Shown piece after piece: positions 59,167 through 64,000 of a stretch of DNA of 64,000 bases (its first letter is position 1; every line of letters begins with the position of its first letter). The notes below the pieces were generated by a model, which made no database searches, had not been told where the DNA came from, and worked only from the letters and a program-made list of their open reading frames with translations. Location: positions 1,696,001-1,760,000 of the forward strand of contig CBDCJV010000002.1 of NCBI GenBank assembly GCA_965217895.1. Direction: 5' to 3'. The translations under genes and the position numbers were made by a program. This stretch comes from Waterburya sp. Lineage in GTDB: Bacteria; Cyanobacteriota; Cyanobacteriia; Cyanobacteriales; Xenococcaceae.

Positions 59167-60354
59167 TTAGTTACTAATGTATTGACGAACAACTTCTCTA
59201 AGCTCATCTGGCTCAAACGGCTTGGTCAAATATTTATTTGTACCAGCGATATGTCCTTTTGCCTTGTTTAATAAACCATCTCGCGCTGTCACCATAATGA
59301 TTGGTAAATCTTTGAACTTAGTAATTTGTCGAACAGTCTTGCAAAACTGTAGTCCGTCAATATCAGGCATTGTTAAATCTAATAACAGTAGCCTGACTGG
59401 CTGTTGATTTAGGATTACCAAAGCGTCAATTGCTTTATCTGCAAGTAAGACATTGTATTGATCTTGCAAAGCGCGTTTAATTGAGGTTTGAATAATTGGA
59501 CTGTCGTCAACAGATAAAATTATTGGTAAATTTTCTCTATCCTGAGATCGATTATCAACAGCAGGGGTAGATGATTTTGATACGGTTGCCGTTTGATTAG
59601 CTGAAATTCCCATCGGAGTTTGAACAAATTTTACCCAGCCATTGTTAGCCCAATCAAAATAATTTTTAGCTACGATCAACGGATCTTTTGTCATCTTGTC
59701 AGCAATATCAATCAAAGTTGATTTGCCATCAACTGAATTTTTTAAATGTTCTATGATTTGAGAATTACCAATCTGTTTCTGTTGAGCAGTAACCACAGGA
59801 ATAGCATTCATGTCAGGAATATGGGCAGCATAACTTTCCCATTTCTGCTGACGTTGAACTAATTGTTTTTTAATCTCAGACCAATTTAAGCCATGATTAT
59901 CTTCGTCGTAATCAAGATCGAAATCTTTGCTTTCTTGCCATTGAGCTATCCCAGAGTAAGGTAAAAATCTTTCTAAAATTAAAATGACTTTATTGGTAAT
60001 AAAAGTTTCTACCTCTTGCCAAGTAAAGACTCTCATTCGACAAAGTAGTCCTACTGACTCTTTAATCGACGTAAAATTGCCAATTTTTTCACTGGCTACA
60101 GACAAGGCAGCATTGATCAAACCAGGATTTAATTCCTCACCCAACATTTTGCACAGTTCTTTGTTGTTTGGAATCTGTGAAATATTTATGTCTCCATAAA
60201 CCAATGCTCCTTCTCGCAATACTAAGATGCAGGATCTTTGATTTTGCCAAGCGTCAACTTGAGTTTCTAAGCTTAAAAACCCACTGGTTTTTTGTTTAAA
60301 TAAGGAGTCGAGAATAGAACTTAGCTGCTCTGATTCATACTTTTTTGAGGACAT
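59167..60354 (-). CDS. PatA-family response regulator
   Basis: N-terminal PATAN-like region plus C-terminal receiver (SVDDS, LLDLTMP, YLTKPF); first gene of the chemosensory cluster. Confidence 0.85.
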   Translation of the reverse strand: MSSKKYESEQLSSILDSLFKQKTSGFLSLETQVDAWQNQRSCILVLREGALVYGDINISQIPNNKELCKMLGEELNPGLINAALSVASEKIGNFTSIKESVGLLCRMRVFTWQEVETFITNKVILILERFLPYSGIAQWQESKDFDLDYDEDNHGLNWSEIKKQLVQRQQKWESYAAHIPDMNAIPVVTAQQKQIGNSQIIEHLKNSVDGKSTLIDIADKMTKDPLIVAKNYFDWANNGWVKFVQTPMGISANQTATVSKSSTPAVDNRSQDRENLPIILSVDDSPIIQTSIKRALQDQYNVLLADKAIDALVILNQQPVRLLLLDLTMPDIDGLQFCKTVRQITKFKDLPIIMVTARDGLLNKAKGHIAGTNKYLTKPFEPDELREVVRQYISN

Positions 60355-60731
60355 TGTTATTTTTTTTTACTTGAGCAAGCAAAAAGCAATTAATAATATC
60401 GATTAAATTAATTATTGCTAAAACTATAATTCCCAAAAAAGCGACAAAAATAACAACATAAACACGCAAATATTCATTGTTGTTATTTTTACTCTACAAA
60501 TAGAATTATTAATAACAAATTGTTATCAATGAGATGCGCTTTAATTAATATTAATTAAGACAATTAAGCAAACATTACAAAATTAGGGCTTACGCAGTGA
60601 AACGAAAACTTTACAGAGTGACAGAAAAAAGATAAGCTTGAGTATTAGGCGATCGCCATAATTAATTTTAGATATTTTTAGAGCGATCCGTAGCCTAATC
60701 GCTCTTTTGAAGACATAGAATCAAAAGCTAT

Positions 60732-61682
60732 TTATTGATATCCGATTAGTTCCTGATTATTCCAATTAAGGGTATCACCGATCTGTTTACCGTCATGATA
60801 GGCAGCTAGTATAACTTCGCTAGTTTTACCCCAAGAAATAGTACCATCAGCAGCGATCGCAATTGCGCCTAAATCTCGATGACGACTGCGAGATTCGCTC
60901 ATAGATTTTTTCATGGCATCGGCTAAAGACATACCATCGGTAACGCGAATCACAATTTTGGCAGCTAAACATTCTTCCATAATGTCTTCACCAATTCCCG
61001 TACAGCTTACCCCAGCCGAGGCATCAGCATAGTTACCTGCGGGCATAGCAGAATCGCTCACTCGACCAATTCTTTCTAATCCTTTGCCTCCTGTGGAAGT
61101 TCCTGCGCTGATTTTACCGTTTTTGTCGAGAGCAACCACACCAATTGTTCCTTTACGTGGCTCGTGAATTAATGCCTGTTCGGCAACTACTCCCGCCATT
61201 TTTTTATCAAAATTCTCATTCCGTTCCTGCATCCATTCTTGCAGGCGAATTTCTACTAAAGGATCGTACTTAGGCACGTGCAGTTCTCGCAGCAGTTCAA
61301 ACGCACCATAGTCCGACAATACGCGATCGTTTTCTCCCTGCAAAAACTTCGCCAGTTCAATCGGATGTCTAACACGGGATACATTAATGATCCCGCTAAA
61401 ACGTTGCTTCGAGCCATCCATCAAACCAGCACTCATACGTATCTGTCCGTCAGACTGAAGTACAGAACCTGTACCTGCATTAAAAATTGGTTGATTTTCT
61501 AACAGTCTACACCCCAAAATAACAGCATCCGTAGCACTAGCTCCATAAGCGAGTAAATCATATACTTCTTCCACAACCGAATGAAGGGCTTGGCGGACTA
61601 CCGCCTCACCCTTTTCACTCCTGATATGCCCTCCTGCGCCACCGTGAATAATTAGCTTGGGCTGTACTTGATTAGCTGACAT
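60732..61682 (-). CDS. Isoaspartyl peptidase / plant-type L-asparaginase
   Basis: IIHGGAG, FNAGTGS, GTIGVVA (catalytic Thr), TSTGG, GRVSDS and SCTGIGE. Confidence 0.94.
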   Translation of the reverse strand: MSANQVQPKLIIHGGAGGHIRSEKGEAVVRQALHSVVEEVYDLLAYGASATDAVILGCRLLENQPIFNAGTGSVLQSDGQIRMSAGLMDGSKQRFSGIINVSRVRHPIELAKFLQGENDRVLSDYGAFELLRELHVPKYDPLVEIRLQEWMQERNENFDKKMAGVVAEQALIHEPRKGTIGVVALDKNGKISAGTSTGGKGLERIGRVSDSAMPAGNYADASAGVSCTGIGEDIMEECLAAKIVIRVTDGMSLADAMKKSMSESRSRHRDLGAIAIAADGTISWGKTSEVILAAYHDGKQIGDTLNWNNQELIGYQ

Positions 61683-61750
61683 AAATTAAATTGCTTTACT
61701 GAAAATTAACAACCGCATTATTGTAGATGGAAGCCCTGCATAAATGCTGT

Positions 61751-61912
61751 TTATGATTCACTATTATCAGATTGTTTGCGACGACGACAGCGATCTGAGC
61801 AATATTTAACGTCGTCCCAACACTTTGACCATTTTTTGCGCCAGGTAAAAGGGCGATCGCATACAGGACAAACTTTTGTAGGAAGATCGGATTTTTGACG
61901 CTGACGAGGCAT
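61751..61912 (-). CDS. DUF2256-type small Cys-rich protein (53 aa), missing from the ORF track
   Basis: [53 protein letters not shown]. Confidence 0.88.
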   Translation of the reverse strand: MPRQRQKSDLPTKVCPVCDRPFTWRKKWSKCWDDVKYCSDRCRRRKQSDNSES

Positions 61913-61974
61913 ATTCTAGGGGATATAAGGAAGAAACAGTTTTATTATTACTTAAAAATTGCTAATTTAAAATA

Positions 61975-62745
61975 GTGGAAAACTTGTTGTCGAATATTAG
62001 AATTGTGCTGGTTGAACCTGCGGGAGAATTAAACGTAGGTTCAGTTGCCAGAATTATGAAAAACATGGGTTTGACTAAACTGGTGTTGGTCAATCCTCAA
62101 TGCGATCGCCATTCTGAAGACGCAAGAAGAATGGCAGTACACGCGGTAGATATCTTAGAAAATGCGATCGTTGCCGATAGTTTACCCCTTGCCTTGACGG
62201 GTTGCCAAAGAGCGATCGCCACTACCGTTCGTTCTCGTAGTGTACCAATTAAGCTAGAACCTGCCCCTACAGTACTTCCTTGGCTACTGACACCTAATGT
62301 ACAGTCTGCTTTACTCTTTGGTGCAGAAGAAAGAGGCTTAAGTAACGATGAATTGAAATATGCCCAAAGGTTTATTTCCATTCCGTCTAATCCTGATTAT
62401 CCTTCCCTCAACTTAGCTCAAGCAGTAGCTATTTGTAGCTATGAACTGTATCAGACTTGGCTAAAGCTTAGTCATAGCCCTGAAGAAGCAACGTTTGCCG
62501 ACCAATCTCAAGCTATATTAGAATTAACTCCCAGCCGTGCATCAATAGATGTATTAGAAGGTTATTATCAACATCTCGAATCAGTACTGCTAGAAATTGG
62601 CTATCTGCATCCCCACACCGCCTCTGTGAAAATGGAAAAATTTCGTCGTTTGTATAATAAAGCCAATTTGCAACCAGAAGAGGTAGCAATGCTTAGGGGG
62701 ATTTTGCGTCAGGTTCGTTGGGCAATTAAAAATCAATCTGGATAA
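61975..62745 (+). CDS. trmJ: SPOUT RNA methyltransferase, TrmJ/TrmH family
   Basis: IVLVEP..NVGSVARIMKNMG, FGAEERGLSNDEL and YPSLNLAQAV. Confidence 0.88.
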   Translation: MENLLSNIRIVLVEPAGELNVGSVARIMKNMGLTKLVLVNPQCDRHSEDARRMAVHAVDILENAIVADSLPLALTGCQRAIATTVRSRSVPIKLEPAPTVLPWLLTPNVQSALLFGAEERGLSNDELKYAQRFISIPSNPDYPSLNLAQAVAICSYELYQTWLKLSHSPEEATFADQSQAILELTPSRASIDVLEGYYQHLESVLLEIGYLHPHTASVKMEKFRRLYNKANLQPEEVAMLRGILRQVRWAIKNQSG

Positions 62746-62886
62746 CTGATATTACGCAGCATGGGGTCATGGAGTAGTGAGTAAGGAGTATAGAGGAGTA
62801 GTGGAGTGGTAGAGATAGTGAAGCCAAATTACCCCAATTACCCCACTACCCAGTCTTCACAGATCGATAAATGCGTAACGTCAGTT
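62744..62886. mobile_element. 143-bp MITE, copy of 53016-53158
   Basis: Near-identical sequence; the left TIR overlaps the trmJ stop codon. Confidence 0.85.
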
Positions 62887-63220
62887 AATAATTTATAGTC
62901 ATTGCGATTAATTGCTGACGCTCACTAATCACACCAATATTGACATACTCTATACATCTAAAAATCAGTAATTCTACTAGTGTAATTTGCGAGAGAAACA
63001 TTACATACTATTCATGACCGCAGATTATATCGTTTATCATTCAAAGTGCGGAATATCTAGCTAAAAGAGTTAGACTAAGCAAAATTGAACAATTGTGAAC
63101 CATAATGTCAACTGTTTTTGGCTGATGAATTCTAAGTATTTAGTTAATACACGAGAACTGATATGAACCCCTCATAATCTGGCTAAAGTCATTTTGTAAT
63201 TGTTTCCCCAGGAGTTAAGA

Positions 63221-64000
63221 GTGAATCGCAAAGGCAAAAAGTCTCCTCTTGCCAGAGTAAAAGCCAGCAAATCTAACTTAAAACAACCAGAAAAATCGGT
63301 CATACCTCCAAAGCAAACAAAGCCGAAAGCCAAAGGAGTTGCTGCCAAAAATCCCCGACTCAAAAATAAGTTGGAAGCTTCAAAAAATAAACTTTTGTCT
63401 AATAGCCCTGGCAAAAATAAACGCTTTCAGCAGCAGAAAAAATCGCGATCGCCTTTGTGGCTAGCTGCTTATGCGGTAGCTATCACTGTCGGACTGAGTA
63501 CAATCTTGGGAACAACTATTTCCTTGGCCAACTCTTTTCAGGATTCTGTTGCTGCTAATAATTCGCCTACCGCCAGTAAAGTATCAGCCAATTCTCAAAA
63601 CAAAGTTAAGTTAGAAAAGTTATTTGCGATCGCCTCTTTAGGTAAAGAAATAAGCCCTCTCAAGCTAAAGTTAGAGAATTTGGCACAACAATATCCTGAG
63701 TTAAAACCTGAATTTTTTTTAGTCGATCTTGACACCAAAGGATTTGTCAGTATTGAGGGTGACAAGAGCATTTCTTCAGCTAGTACGATTAAGCTGCCTA
63801 TTGTAGTTGCTTTTTTACAAGATGTTGATCAGGGAAAAATTAGCTTAGATGAACAGTTAACCATGACCAAAGACGTAATTGGTGATGGCTCTGGGAATAT
63901 GCGCTATGAAAAGCCTGGTAGTAAGTTTTCTGCTTTAGAAACTGTTATTAAGATGATGACTATTAGTGATAATACCGCCACAAATATGCTTATTAAACGT
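63221..64000 (+). CDS. Class A beta-lactamase-like serine hydrolase (partial, runs off window)
   Basis: GTG after AGGAG; basic N-terminus and TM helix, then SASTIKLP (SxxK) and ISDNTATN (SDN). Confidence 0.88.
   Translation, partial: MNRKGKKSPLARVKASKSNLKQPEKSVIPPKQTKPKAKGVAAKNPRLKNKLEASKNKLLSNSPGKNKRFQQQKKSRSPLWLAAYAVAITVGLSTILGTTISLANSFQDSVAANNSPTASKVSANSQNKVKLEKLFAIASLGKEISPLKLKLENLAQQYPELKPEFFLVDLDTKGFVSIEGDKSISSASTIKLPIVVAFLQDVDQGKISLDEQLTMTKDVIGDGSGNMRYEKPGSKFSALETVIKMMTISDNTATNMLIKR

Noticed and set aside
63172..63414. 80-aa minus-strand ORF, and the many other short antisense ORFs in the track
   Set aside because: These are shadow frames of genuine genes on the opposite strand.
1..64000. 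Very frequent GCGATCGC octamer
   Set aside because: This is the well-known cyanobacterial HIP1; it is useful only for taxonomy.

Overview
AT-rich cyanobacterial chromosome segment. The HIP1 octamer GCGATCGC occurs throughout, alongside phycobilisome lyase, NblB-like, SLH-porin and PatA genes. Most of the window is housekeeping or accessory genes: an EmrAB-type efflux operon with two MFS genes and MarR, rpsN, cobO, mlaE, radC, pyrR/pyrC, a fatty acyl-AMP ligase, ppk2, ilvE, desA, hisIE, an invertase, putA, a chemosensory cluster and an isoaspartyl peptidase. Two nested clusters of decayed mobile elements lie at about 18.7-21.5 kb and 36.4-40.3 kb, each with a dead ISAs1-family element. Both ISAs1 copies carry the same ~355-nt highly structured insert at the same codon. 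That insert holds ~54-nt triple-hairpin cassettes whose architecture is fixed but whose stem sequences differ completely; one site holds different cassettes in the two copies. This is the most unusual signal in the window. Also present are a broken group II intron, IS4 and IS630 remnants, several MITE/REP families (some supplying gene C-termini or sitting in frame in putA), a frameshifted dprA, TA modules and unannotated small ORFs. No rRNA, tRNA or CRISPR array was seen. All family assignments come from motif recognition by eye, not database searches.
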